Below are positions 13,946 to 27,400 of a DNA stretch of 64,000 nucleotides, piece after piece; within the stretch, counting starts at the first letter, position 1; each line of letters begins with the position of its first letter. A model generated the notes under the pieces. The model worked only from the letters and a program-made list of their open reading frames with translations, did no database searches and was not told the DNA's origin. The stretch lies in contig OZ038378.1 in NCBI GenBank assembly GCA_964036045.1, positions 25,296,001 through 25,360,000 of the forward strand. Reading direction: 5' to 3'. The DNA is from Eutreptiella sp. 'Long Island Sound 2002' (taxonomy: Eukaryota > Protista > Euglenida). Made by a program: the position numbers and the translations under genes.

Positions 13946-15362
13946 AAAATCCCCTCGGCCCCCCCGGGGGCCCGTGATAGTTCCTATACACTTATTTTAA
14001 CACCATAAACACCTCCTATAATTGTGGTCTGGTAATTTAGCCATACAATAAAACCTCATTATGGGGTGGGTTTCGAGCCCACCCTTCCTTGGCAACATTT
14101 GTGGCCAGGAACCCAACGCCAACTTTTGTTCGATGGTGATTGGGAGGAATCAGGGTGGTCGAATATTTTTGCTGTCGAGGAGGCATGTGACGGTTGTTTT
14201 ATTATTTTAGGGGGGAGGGCAGACTCAACTTTGGGGGGGGGGGGGTAGCACGGGGACACCACATGATTAGTTATTGCGTTGTGATAGCACATGGCGGCAG
14301 AGTTGTCTGCTGTAGTCTTGTGGCCGCGGGTTCAACTAACAGCTTCAAGGCGGCGTTAGTGTACTCCTCAGCATCCTCGGTCTCCTTGCCCTCATTTCCG
14401 GGATGCCTCACGTACTTTGGTGCACAGGCATCCAAGATGTCAACTTCGTCTTCCTCGAGTGCCGGACTCTTGTCGTCTCCCTCATCCATTTCGTTGTGCA
14501 GATGTTTGTCTGCAACCATTGCACAAGGGGAATCCTGCTCATTACATGGACATAAGGTCCACTGTTGTACCCGCTTCTGAGGCCCTTCTAACAGCAACAA
14601 TGCCGTGGTCCTCGGTGTTGGGGTTGTTGTGTACTTGACTTTGCGGAGCTCGTTTGCCACCACGGGGTGCCATATTTTGCTAATTTAATGTGCCTCAAAC
14701 AACCAACAAGGCAGGGAGGGGTTTTCTTAGTAATCGGATATCATGCTTTAAAACCCCCCAGGAGCCAAATTTAAAAAGGGGGGCTTTGGGGGGGGGGGTT
14801 TAAGGTGGTATTTCGCTGTGCGGGGCTACTGTCCGCGGGAAAGGCACCCCGGCCCCCAAACCCCCCAACCCAATGAAATACATAGTGTCGGGCACCTCTG
14901 AACAGTTGGGTATGCGGCCCGGCTGCGATGCGGCTATTCGCACCGCCCCTACCAACATCTATGGTAGGATTTCATCAGCTTGGGTATTTTCGGCCGTGGG
15001 TACCAGAAACCTCAGGACTGTGGGTCTCCGGGGCGGTCATGGCGTTCGAAATACACCATGGAGTTAGAATTGCAGCATGGGGGTTGACGCGCATGAAAGT
15101 CGGTCATGGGGTTCGGGTTGCATCATGGGGTTAGAAATACACCATGGGGTGGGAAATGCGTCAAGGGGAGGGCATAAAAGAAGGGGTGTGTGTGTGACTA
15201 TACTGGTCGGCCGACGCAACCCGGGAGGCCCTTAAGGCTATGGCGGGCCAGCCCTCCCTCCCCGCGCCATTATGTGGGCGTTGCCGTCCTAGTGTGCATG
15301 CTACTACAAGGGAAGGAGAGGGAGAGAGAGGAGGTGTAGGGGGTGGTGGAGGTATCTGTTTG

Positions 15363-15365
<3 letters not shown>

Positions 15366-15400
<35 letters not shown>
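15366..15400. repeat. (GT)n microsatellite
   Basis: Direct run of GT dinucleotides. Confidence 0.95.
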
Positions 15401-15402
<2 letters not shown>

Positions 15403-16109
15403 ATGTAGCTCCGCCTACTTCTTCCGCCCTGACGTCTTCACCGTGCAACACTTCTTAGCACTTTGCTTCGGAGTGGTGACGGGCCCCTTTGTGCCCGTGC
15501 CGGGCACAGCTTTCTTTTGGGGGAGAACTTCCACCCCGGAAGAAGAGGTAGAAGAAGAAGATGATGAGGAAGAAGAGGAGCTATTACCGTCTTCGGAAGT
15601 TGCGGAACTCTCGTTGCCGCTGGACGAAGCATGATCTGCGGAACACCCACATTCCGCAGAGCTTGCATCCTCCTCCGGTTTCCGGTCCTAATTGGAGAGG
15701 CCAAGAGAGGCTTCACAGAAGGACGCACGCTCGTTGACGACCGCCTTTGCCACTTTCCAAGGGAGCTTGGGCTTCATCACCATGGGGACTTTTGTTGGCT
15801 AGCCCTTTCCTTTCTCATCGTCCTGGCTCACTACAACCCATTCCATCAAATCAACGGTGTTTGGTGCCATGTTGTATGAAGCATGGAAATGCAATAGCAC
15901 AAAGGGATGCCAAAAGAGCAACAAAATGCAACAAATGGGGCCGACTCCCATCACGTTGCGGCGAGTGTTGTCGGGGGGATCATTAGGGGGACCGCCCCTG
16001 CGACCACTTACCTAAATAACCACATGCATACGAGCAAAAAAGAAAAGGCAAAACGACCAACAAAGGGAGCAAAATCAGAAGTTGTTCGCAAGAAAGTAAA
16101 AAAAATTGA

Positions 16110-16445
16110 GAGTACCTAACGCGAACTCAAGGGGCCAAGCAGAAAAGAGTGCTTTGTGAGTCCCTAATCCCAACTCGAGCGGCATCGCAACAAAGCGTGG
16201 ACTGTGAGCCCCTAACCACAACTCGAGGGGCCACGCAACAAAGGGTGGATTGTGAGTCCCTAACGCCAACTCGAGGAGGCACGCAAAAAAGCGTGGGTTG
16301 CGAGTCCCTAACACCACCTCGAGGGGCCAGGCAAAATGGCGTGGATTGTGAGTCCCTAACCCCAACTCGAAGGGCCGCGCAAAAAAGTGTGGTTTGTGAG
16401 TCCCTAACCCCAACTCGAGGGGCCACGCAACAAAGCGTGGGGGTA
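16110..16445. repeat. ~48-bp tandem repeat (~7 units)
   Basis: GTGAGTCCCTAACCCCAACTCGAGGGGCCACGCAACAAAGCGTGG recurs. Confidence 0.9.
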
Positions 16446-16479
16446 AAAAAAAAGAAAGAAAAGGGGAGGCAAAATGTGT

Positions 16480-16900
16480 TCCCCAACAAATGGGAACAAA
16501 ATCAGGAGTGGTTGCCCCACCCTTGCCCTCTTGGGGGCCCACAAGTGGGCGGAAATGCTACGTCACCCCTGCATTCTCGAGGCTCCCCAAAATAAAGGGG
16601 GACAAAATCAGAATCGGGCACCTCACCGCTGCCTCCTCGGGGGCCCACAAGTGGGCGAAAATGCTACGTCACCCCTACATACTCAGGGATCCCCAAACAA
16701 AGGGGGACAAAATCAGAAGTGGCTGTGTCACCCTTGCCTTCTCGAGGGCCGACAAGTGGGCAGAAATGCTACATCACCCCTGCATTCTCGGGGATCCCCA
16801 AAACAAAGGGGGAAAAAATAAGAAGTGGGCACCACAGCGCTACCTTCGCGGGAGCCCAAAGAAGGGCGGAAAGGCTACGTTACCCTTGCATGCCGGGGGT
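16480..16900. repeat. ~118-bp degenerate tandem repeat (~3.5 units)
   Basis: CTCGGGGGCCCACAAGTGGGCG.AAATGCTACGTCACCCCT and GGGACAAAATCAG recur. A related fragment lies near 29100-29165. Confidence 0.8.
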
Positions 16901-16949
16901 CCCTAGCTAAGAAGACAGAATCAAAGGGGCTGAATTGGGGGCAAGGACA

Positions 16950-18050
16950 AAACTTTGCATGTGCCGTCCAAAAGAATACCACCAAAAAATGTTCGCAGAA
17001 ATGGTGTGAGCGTGTCGAAAACACAGGCGATTTTAAAAAAGGCGGGGGGGTGTTCCAAACCCTCCCCCACTGTCAGATTTCTGAGAACCCTTCCCCCCCC
17101 CCCTTGCAACAAGGGGGCAATCATCTTGTCGCCACCAAAGTGCAAGTGGACGAGCCCCTCCACCTCGACACACTCAGCCCGCTGTTGGAGACCTATGTGT
17201 CAGATACAGAACAGCCAATTGAAGACTTGCCGACACACTACTCAACACATATTGTAGCGTAGGGTGGCAATCTCTTATTCCCATCTGCCGGGGGAGCGTA
17301 AAACACAGCATCTCCCACCCACTATCCCCCGAGTATCAACAAAGAAGTCAAAAAGCAGCGGCTATTTTACGCCTGTTATTGCAAAGCACATCGGTGACGT
17401 TTGATCACAGTAGTGGCTGGCGGTCAACGTATACCTCTCCCAACCGAGTGGAGGTAAGGGCGGCACAATAAACACATTACTCCTCCCCCCGGAAGAGGAT
17501 TTACGTTTCGAAACAGAGTAGGTGCATTCTAGGACATGGACCATTGCACCAATGTCCCCTCAAAATTCTTGCAGCACGATGTGGATGCTGCTATTTGTGA
17601 GCAAATAATGTCAAGGGAGCCAAAAAAATTTCATGGCAATCAAGCCTAAATCTATGGCGGTGGCGCCCTAAAATTTTACGGCGCTAGAGCCACAAACCGC
17701 ATACTAGGTTTAGAGAAGCAGCCCCACTTGAGTAGCATATACCCCTCTCATTAGAACAGAAGACCTTAATATCACTAGCATACAACTATATATGGAAAGT
17801 GTGTTCCTCCAAACTTTATACGTCGAGGACATTGTTGAAGATGCCCTCATTGGAGGTCCGTGCAGAAGATTGGTGCTGTGGTTCGGGAGTGTATTGCATC
17901 GGGACAAAAGATCCGAAGAAGTGTGGACAAACCTTGTGGAACAGTGGCCAAGACGGGTTGGCCGTCGTGGCACCCGATGGGTGACAACTTTTCCCTGGAG
18001 GTTGTGGACATGCTTCATCTTCCTGAAAGCATGGGTGTGTTCCCTGGAAA
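16950..18050 (-). pseudogene. Possible decayed CCHH-type transposase fragment
   Basis: VEGLVHLHFGGDKMIAPLL resembles the second catalytic-Asp motif (lFlgGD.k) seen in family B (ELFIEGDQPFM). Confidence 0.3.
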
Positions 18051-18539
18051 CCCACGTTAAAGTGAATATGGTTTGATATCTGGGTAAATATTAATACGTT
18101 AATCGGAATATTGCCTATTTTGGAGATGCTTTTGGCGGTGTTTGGGACACACCCCATGGGGTGCCTTGCGCGTCTGCCTGCCATTTTCCGCCGAGGGGGG
18201 GGCTTTTACCCCTGTGGATGTACAAAAAAATTACAACGGTGCTCCGCATTAATATTTGCCTTTAACTTTTCCACTAACATTTCAAATATTAAAAATCAAG
18301 CGGGCGCCGGCATTAATGTTAAACAAGCACATGTTAAATAGTTTTCGCGAAAAATTAATCCTCCTCATACACGCACAAAAGGGTGCACCCATACCTTTTG
18401 TAAACCCACTTGGGGTGCCTATTTCTTACACCTTTTGTGACCCCTCCTTGGGGTGCCATCACATGTCGCTCCATCGCTTTGCTTCTTATGTCCAAATCGC
18501 CGGGGATTTTAAATGGAAAATGCCTAGGAACGTGCTCGG

Positions 18540-18745
18540 ATAAACCTAAGGCTATACCGAATATGCTTGGGGATCTCCTCAGCGGCCACCGGAAAAATCC
18601 CAAGCGATTTCCCGAGCGGCCACCGGATAAATCCCAAGCGATATCCCGAGCGGCCCCCGGATAAATACCAAGCGATATCCCGAGCGCCCACCAAATAAAT
18701 CCCAAGTGTTTTTCCGAGCGGCCAATGGAGAAATCCCCAGTGAGA
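18540..18745. repeat. 34-bp tandem array, copy 1
   Basis: Unit AATCCCAAGCGATATCCCGAGCGGCCACCGGATA, ~5 units. Confidence 0.9.
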
Positions 18746-19511
18746 CTTGGTGCACCCACATAAAAAATCGTTTGCGGCGCGTACTAAAAAGAAAGGAATT
18801 GTACAAAGTACCACAAAAAACATGTGTCGGGCACCTCCGAACAGTTGGGTATGCGGCCCAGGTGCTGCAGTCCGACATTCGCACCGCCCCACCCCAAGAC
18901 AGGGTGGGTGACATCGGTTTGGGTATACCCCGGCCGCACCGAGGACCTCCGGGAGTGGGTTCTTGAGGTAGAGGTCAGCAAACGTTAACGGTCAACCCCA
19001 CTTTCCACTATGGTATTTGAGTGCTTTTGGGCAAGGGAAATCCGTACTTTCAATCACAAATTCACAGTAATGCAACATCCCATGTCTCTTGGGCCATTCC
19101 ACTATGGTATTTGAGTGTTTTAGGTCAAAGGAAATCCGTACTTTCAATCGCACATTCACACTAATGCAACATCCCTTTCGTACACGTATGCTTTATAACA
19201 TCCCGCGTGGGTGGCCAGCGCGGTCGCCCCCCCTCCACCTTGGCCATTTTGGCCGGTGGTTTAGACACACAAGGACCAGCGGAAACTGAATCACAAAGAG
19301 AATCACCAGCCTTACACTTTTTCGTTTTACTGGCCGCCATGGGCAAGGGCGGTGCATCAGGGCCCAGGACTTGAATGGCAAAGCAGTGAGCCGACGTGGG
19401 GGCCGAACCACGAACCTCCGGGATGCCGGTGCTCTGCAAAGTGAGATCAAGAGGACGAAAATCTTCTTGCGGGGATACCATCTTGCGGGCTGCCCCCTTG
19501 CCACGGAGGAA

Positions 19512-20018
19512 CTAATCATTCCGGGCCGCCTTGTTGAACTTCTCGGCCCCCGGGGCATAGTTCTTGAACAGCCGCTCCCGCTCCTTCCGCAATGCAGTAC
19601 CCGCCTTCTTCAGAGCCCCCGGTCCCGATTTCCGCTGGTCGTGGACGGTCTTCTTCGCCTTTACCGCCAGGGTGGCCAAGTTCTGCTTCAGCTTGGGAAG
19701 CCCATCACGGGCCTTGGCGAGGTCATCCTTCGTCAGGCCCATGAGGTCTGCTTGTAGCCGCTCGTAGAACTCCCTCTCCATCCCATAGTCCTTCTCGCAC
19801 CGCTGCCTCAGGAACGGGGTGCCTTCCTGCAGGGCCCAGGACCGCCAGTACATCCTCAGAGGTCCTCTGCGTCGTTCAACAAGGTAAAAGCCGTTGGTGC
19901 TGCCCTCCACGCCAAACCAATTACCCACGTAATATGCCCATCCGACAGGGAGGTCCTCCCGACGGGCGCCCCGTTTGGCCATGGCTTTTTCGGCGAAGGC
20001 GAATACGGAGCGGGACAT
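19512..20018 (-). CDS. Hypothetical 168-aa basic protein with helical C-terminus
   Basis: Open frame from MSRSVFAF with protein-like composition: an aromatic-rich N-terminal part and a Lys/Ala-rich helical C-terminus. Antisense frames look like shadows. Confidence 0.5.
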   Translation of the reverse strand: MSRSVFAFAEKAMAKRGARREDLPVGWAYYVGNWFGVEGSTNGFYLVERRRGPLRMYWRSWALQEGTPFLRQRCEKDYGMEREFYERLQADLMGLTKDDLAKARDGLPKLKQNLATLAVKAKKTVHDQRKSGPGALKKAGTALRKERERLFKNYAPGAEKFNKAARND

Positions 20019-22704
20019 GGTACGAAGAGGAGAAGCTATGGTATCAGAAGCAACGTAGGGCTTGGGGCAAAGGAAGTGGAGGTAGAAACCTAATACGCCA
20101 CCTATTTCTCCCCCTCCGCGTCCCCACTCGGTTGACGTGGCTGCGAGGCAGGTTGCCATAGATGAAGTACAAACTGCTGCTTTTTCCGCGGTGGCTCGGG
20201 TGCTGGCGGCGGTTTGGGGAGGAGGCGGAACTCAATGGCCCAAAGGTAACCAGACTCATGGACTTGGGGTTGGTAGTTGAGGTCAAAAAATTGACCCTCA
20301 GGGGGTGTGACACACCGGGTGTATGTGCCACACTCTACCTCATCCCAACACTTCCCGGCACTGTGATCATGGTCCGGCATGTGCAACACCGTAATCCGCG
20401 CGCGTGAAACCGACACAAAGCGTGGCTGCGGGTCTTCCGCAAAGACGTCGTTAAAAATCGCGCACAAGGACTCATGGGGTTTGGAAAGTGCGAACTGCTC
20501 AGGCGCTGGCCGCGCTGCCACATCTGCACCTGGCCACGACGGCGCTGGGCAAACGCGTAGCGTGACCATCCCATGTGGAACCGACTGTCCAGCTCCGGCA
20601 GGGGTAGCCGCAGGAGCTCTTCAGTCCGGGGCGTAAGGGGGTCACTACCCGAGGCTAGGGGCGGGGTGGAGACATGTGCGGGGGCGAATTTCGGGGGGGG
20701 GGGGGTAGTTAGGAAGGTGGTGTTGGAGGGGAAACCACGTGGGGCACAAGGGGTATAGGTGACGGAGTCCCGTGTGATGGGGGTGATGGGGGGTTGCGCA
20801 GGGATGTCACAGCCAAAGGCTGCGGTTGGGGTGCTGCGGGTGATGGTGGTGACAACCAGTCGGGCAATTGTTGCTGAAACATCCATTCCATGGCTGTGTG
20901 GACAGGACAAGGTTGGGGCATGGCCAGCACAAATCCAAAAGTAATGCAATAGCAAAACATCCAGTTGCTCACCCTTCTTACGTCCCCCCACTCAACACTA
21001 TAGGCCCTGAAAAATCAGTCTAGTATTCGATTCAACACAAAGAGAAACACACAGCGGAAACAATGGACAAAACATCCGCAGAACACGGGTTGTGGAAAAT
21101 GTCGGTGCAGCCCATGACGGCCACACAAGACGGCCCCAACCTTCCTGGTCGACCTCGCTGTGGCAGGGTCGCTGCAGGCAAACCCGGCGAATATAAAGCT
21201 ACCGCCTTATCCGCGATACGGACGCGTTTCGTAAGAACCAGCGGGTCACACTCTATTTGCGGGACCGGCGCCCACGTCCACGCACTGCAGCAGCGTTGAG
21301 GCAGAGTAGCCGGCTGGCGACCAAACCCCCCCACCTGGTGAAACCACCGCCAAAGCACCTCACACAAACAGCACAACAAAATTTAAATTGTCTGCAACTT
21401 CCCTAACCTGTTAAAGTCGTGAAATGTGTGGAACCCGAGGACAGGGGGCAAGAAGGCGGGGGTGGTCCAAGCAGGAGGGTAGGAGAGGAACTTACAGGTT
21501 TTTATATTTCAAGCCCACCCTGCTCTCTTGGACCCCTTGGGTGCCTGGGCGTCCTCTCCTCCCCCCCCAGTAGGGCAAGAAGGTGAAACTTGACTGCCCA
21601 AGCGCCAAGCCATCAGACAGCACTTGTTTAACTGAGTAAGGATGGTTCGCCAAAAATGAAAAATGAAAATTTGCAAAGCGGTGCTGTCAATGGCCCCCTG
21701 TATTTAACTGACTTTTGTTTGTTTCCTTGTCAAGGGCTGGTTGCTTCAGGGAAGGGATCGAGAGCAAGGGGGAGGGGTTTAAGGGGTATGTGTGCCTGTA
21801 ACTAACTGAAAGGGTCCCCGCTGATGGGGGGACTTGTAGCAAATTGTCCGGGGGGGGGGGGGGGCATGCACCTACAAACATGCAAACACCAAGGCCTTGG
21901 AGGGAAGGAGTGCACTGCGGCGCAACGTGAGTACGTGTCGTTCATGGCGAAGTCGTTCTGCATCTCCTCTTCCCAATGTTTGGTGTGATCAGCGCCCTTT
22001 TTGCTGGGCGAAAAATTGCGCTGTTGAAGACATCGAAGTGCACCAATCACCCTGACCTACACCACCTGAAAGATACACATGCGGCCACTGTTTCGGGTAT
22101 TGGAACCTAACCACCCTCGCCGTATTATACGGGTCCTCGAGTGGAAAATAATACACTGCCCCGAACCAGGTCCCTCCAAGAAACCAAGCTTAAGGAACTC
22201 CGCCTGTTCTCTTATAGAACGGAGGGCGGAGCCCCAGGGTAACCTAAACAAGGGTTTACCAACCGCACCACGCGTGGCCTACCCTTTAATGCGTCATGCA
22301 CATGCACAGGTACCATCCACAACAATCATTGTTTGACTCTACCAGGGGGGTGGCCCGTCCTAGGCTTACTCACCTTACCTTACCATGGTCCATGGTCCCC
22401 CATCCCTCCAATGCCGTACAAATAGGCTCCTTCATCGGACGCGGCCGGCACTTAAGGGGCTCTCCAGTCAAGAAAATATCTGTGAAGAACAACAATGGTG
22501 ATGCACAGCGCACATTGGGCAGGGCCTGTGGAGGGAGAAGGGATGTTAAGGGTGGGGGTTATGTAGCAAAGAATCTGTCAAACAAAGGAACGATGGTGGG
22601 TTGGGCACATTGGGAAATGCATCTGGTGGGGTGTTCAATGGGTTGGGGCTGACCTGACTGTTCTGAAAACGCCTACCGATTGGGTAAGGCATGTTGGCAA
22701 AAAT

Positions 22705-22900
22705 ACCTGAGGAGGATCCCGAGCGGCCCCCGGATAAATTCCAAGCGATATCCCGAGCGCCCACCGGAAAAAACCCAAGCGATTTCCCGAGCGGCCACCG
22801 GATGAATCGCAAGCGATATCCCGAGCGGCCCCCCGGATAAATGCCAAGCGATATCACCAGCGGTCACGGAATATATCCCGAGCATTTTCTTTCGGGTTGG
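22705..22900. repeat. 34-bp tandem array, copy 2
   Basis: Same unit and orientation as 18540-18745. Confidence 0.9.
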
Positions 22901-25689
22901 GATTTATCCTAAGCATTTTGGCGGCGATGGTTCCGAATCCCGGCGCATATACCCGGGTATTTTCGCTAAATCCTGTGGGAAATGGGTAGGGATTTGGACA
23001 TAAGAAGCAAAGCGATTTGCGACATGTATAGTGCCGTTGTGGGGCTAGTGGGAGGGTAGGCTTGGGGGTCAGTCTTCTTATTCTCTTCGGGGGGGTTCTG
23101 ATTGTTGTCTTCGGGGTTAGTTGGAGGGATAGCTTCGGGTTTGGGGTTGGCGGGGGGTTCGTTGGGAGGGGCTTTGGGGGACTTCTTGCGTACCTCTAAA
23201 AGGTGTGCGTTGGCTTTCTTGGCGGAACCCAAGAGGAGGTTTCGCACCACTTCGTAGAGCGTGCTGTCGTTCGGTTGCTGCACCCCAATGACAGCACTCG
23301 TGTGATGGTGGACACCGGTGACGGAGCCCACCTCCAACCCGTGTACCGGACGTGCGTGCGGGTCCCAACAATGGGATCGTTAGGACCCGTGGTGTCTTTA
23401 CCCCCCCCCCCCTTGGGGTTGGGGGTGGCCTTGTTGCCCTCGGTCTCCTTAACCCCCCCTTCGGGGTTGGGGTTTGCCTTGATCGCAGCGGTCTCTTTGC
23501 CCCCCCCCCCCCGCGCGCGCTAGGGATTGCCTTGAGGGCCTCATGCTCTTTCCCCGACCCCCCTTCCTGGGCGTTCCGGGTTGCCTTGATGGTCTCAGTG
23601 GATTTACCTCCCCCCATCGGGGCTCAGTGTTGCCTGCATGGTCTTGTGGGCCGCGGGGGCGGGGATGCTAGGAGGGGTTTTCGTTTTTTTCGGGTGGAGG
23701 ATGGCCCCGGCTGAAGGACCCGAGGATTGGCTGCTAGAGTCCAACTCATCGGAGTGGGACTCAAAACTCTTCCTCTTGGGTGTCTTCTTGCCCTTGGTGG
23801 TGGCGGGGTTTTTCGTGTGTGTTTGGGGGGCTTGGGTTTGGTCGAGGGGCCCGTGGGGGCGGGGGCGGGGCCTTTCGTGGTGCCGGACCCTCCCCCCTAC
23901 CCCATTGCTTCCAATCCCCTCCCTACCATCCCCCCGCACACCTCCTCGTCCTGTGCCCCCATATATCCCGCCTCAATCATCGCGGCCCACTCCATGGGCT
24001 TGTAGCTCCGTGGCGGGCCCCAGGCTTCGGAGCGCACCCACCTGTGCTCCCACTCGCAGAGCCCGCGCAGCAGTGTGAGCCTAGGGGCTGGGTCGTCCGC
24101 CAACAACTTGTGGAGGTTGCCCACGTGCATAATTTGCTTGCTGTTACGGTCAATCCATATCACAAGGACTTGGCGAGCGTGCCAACAATGGAATACAACG
24201 TCACGTACCTTAGAGTGGGAGACAAGCGGAATTTTTGTTCAAAGAAATTTGAAATTTTTCGTGAAACTTTTCGGTTCGTTTCCTTCGGTTAAGAGTAACT
24301 GTTAACATTCAATATTTGCGAGCGCGGGCGCCGTTTTTATCATTACACGAATAGAGATCAATCTGAATGTCCTAAATACCAATTGAAATAAAAGGCACGG
24401 AAAAAAATAACCACACCTCTACAAATGTTCCACAGCGCTACGCTTGCATGGCTGCCATGCTTGTTTGTGAAATTTGTGGCCGCGGTGGGGGCGTCCACGG
24501 CCTCCTTCTTGCCATTTGCGGCCTTTTTCATTACCATCTTCGCCATGGCAGCGTTGGCACCGCGGGCATGCACCTTGGTGCCCCGTGCATCCGGTAGCGC
24601 ACCTTCCAAGCTATGTTTCGCCACCCGATCGTAGACCATTACTGGCCCGTGGGCCAGCAAGCTGGTCCGGTTGACACACCACCAGGTGGCGTTCATTACC
24701 CTCCACAGCTTCACCCACCCTAACCTTACCCAATGGCCCAGGCACACCGAAAACTGTGCCGGCCCACAGCTTACTCCTAGTGGTTAAAAAAGATATTGAG
24801 TGAGGTTAGGGACCCGACGGCAACTTTCTCCCGATGGGGCACATGCATGACCCTCCAAGGGGCACCCAGACCGAGCCCCCCCCCCCCCCCCCCCCCCCAT
24901 ATTGGTATCCTTCCGCGATTCCCCCTTCCCATGGCGGTGGACTAGACATTTAACTAAACGCCTAGAAACCCACCAAAGGGTTACATAGGCTTTGGTGGGG
25001 TCATAAAAAGATGGCTCATCTAGCCAGCACAGTTCAGACAGGGCGTGTGCAGAGCAACACACTGTGCCTGCCTTCGGGAGCTCGCAGACGCCGTGCTCGG
25101 GACATTTTGCAGCCACTGTGGGACGGGCTTAGAGGGGGAGGGGTTGGGGTCGGGCACCACATCACCATTCCCCTCCCCCTGTCCCTCCCCCGAGTCTTTC
25201 TCATCCAGCACCCCCTCCCCCTCCTCCTGCTTAAAAACCCACTGTTCCTGTTAAAAAACCCCCCAAGGGCTGTGACTGTGACTCTGAATGACTCCTGCCT
25301 CCCTATCATCCTTCTCTTTGTGACGGGCCTCCTTCTCCGCCCGCCATACACGCTTGGCCACGCGGCGCTCCTCCTTGGCTGACACGGGCTCAGACGAGGC
25401 AGCGTCGGGCCGTGCACTGCAGCTGGTTGCGCTGCTAGGGATGAGCCGCTACCGTTGCCACAGCTGTTGCTGGAGCTGCAGCCTGCCGCCTCTCCTCCAC
25501 TTGTTGCATCTGTGACACAACGACAAAAATCAATATTTGAAAATTCCCTTTAATTTTTGTTCGTTTAATATTACACAACCGCCGATTCATTAACATATGA
25601 AATATAAGCGGACGCCGTTGCTAACGTTAAACATAAAACATCAAAATAGACGCCGGAAACATTAAACAACCATAGAAACAAAGCAAACA

Positions 25690-27400
25690 AGCAGAGCAAG
25701 CATAGTGTGCGTTGAACTCCTCCATCATGCCGGTGAGGACCTTGCGCTAAAAGGCCTCCATGTTGTTGGGCCCCGTTGATTGGAGGAACAAGAGCTGGGG
25801 GTGAATGGGGCAATGCAAGAGGTGGTGGGCTGTGGGTGGCCATCAAATTGGCCATGTTTAAGAGTGCTGCGTGGGGGGTCCCATGGGTCCTCAGGGGGAG
25901 ATCAAATTCCAAAAAGCACCACTCCCATGCCTGCAGCACGACATGCCCTCGCTTTCTAGATTGCTTGCCACCAGCACCCCCCACCCCTGGTCTGGTGTGG
26001 TCATTGTACACTTTTTTCAGGATGGCGTTGAGGCTCTCAACGACATCCGCCCCGGCCCCATCCCCAATCCCTCCGCATTCGCCGGCGCCTGCATCCCATC
26101 CTGCTCCAGGTAGTGGAGGTAGTTGGACTCGCAGGTTGCCTTGCAGCAATGCTCGCGGTACTTCCGCACCACCGCCGCGGCCACCAGGTACGTGGTGGTG
26201 GGGGGTGTCCGTGTACAAGGCACGGAGGAGCTCCCACATGGCAACCGCTGCCTCCAATTCTTGGTCCTCCGGCGCGTAGGCCAACATTGGGCCCAATACC
26301 TCTGAAGCCAAAAAGAGAGCCCGGGACTGCTCACTATCGGGTGACACAGTGGCACCCAACTTCACCCCAGTGCGCGACTCGTACAGCCGTTGCAGGGCGG
26401 TGGCGGTTTCCTTGGGTAGCTCCTCTACCCGGTTGGTTCACATTTTTTGTATAATATTAAAATAATGTTTCGTTCGGGTCTCAATGTTAACGAAAAACGA
26501 GGTATGAAACGGGAAATATTAAGGCGAAATCCGAAAAATTAATGCACCACAAAACGGTCGAATACCTGAAGATTGTCGGCCCATATAGTGGCGAAAGCAG
26601 CCATGTCCTTGTCCCTGCAAACGGCCATCCCTATCACCCACAAAAAAGCGGGGGTGCGGGCCCGTTTGCCATGGTTGAGGAGCCCAATAGGTAGTTGGGT
26701 CAAACTCCCACCAGCGCACGGGTATGAATCCCCACGTAGAACAAACGTGAGGGGCCGCTACCAAACGATGGTGTCCACAATTGGTGGGCGGGACTAGAGA
26801 TATTGCACCCATGGGCGTAACGGCCAACTACAGCCGCTACCAAGTGGCTCAACAATGGACACGGGTGGGCGCAACTCGAGCGGCTTGGCCAATTCCTTCC
26901 ACGTGTCCAAGTACTCACCACACATTGGCGCCAAGGAAGTGGTGGCGATGCAGCAATATGCCTCCCTCCTTTTTCCCGCGCGAGATTGTATTAGGCTTCT
27001 CATGGACCTTAACTGCGTGAAGACGGAATGTTGCCACATCTCTGAGTGCATGACCTTGAGAGGGGCGGTGTACACGGCCGCTACCGGCCTCAAGTTCCCA
27101 CGCCCGAGGGGTAACAACCCTCCGTGGCCTCCGCCCAAGAGGCCTTGTCAAAGGGGCAGTGGGCAACCCACTCACCAAGGAGTTGAGAGACTGAAGGGTC
27201 CCGCAAACTCTTGGCGCCACTCAAACGCACAAGCGTCATTCTAAGCTCGAGAAGAGTATTCCGAGAGAAAGACATAACAAGAGCTACACAAGAGAAAATA
27301 CGGTGGGGACTGGGGTGGAAGGCGGAACCGGAGGAAGGGGGTAAGAGGTGAAGACTCAACCCAAAAGCCATGCAACCCCTCTGCAACCCTAGTGAACAAC
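25690..27400 (-). pseudogene. Family-B RAG1/Transib-like transposase relic with internal inversion
   Basis: Contains LTFVLRGDSYPCAGGSLTQLPIGLLNHG...VIGMAVCRDKDMAAFATIW (first Asp) and CCKATCESNYLHYLEQD...ADVVESLNAILKK (His and Glu motifs). Collinear with the 52.1-53.6 kb copy except for segment ~26917-27112. Confidence 0.75.

Noticed and set aside
16110-16445. Telomere-like CCCTAA within the 48-bp repeat
   Set aside because: Only one hexamer per unit and no tandem telomeric tract.
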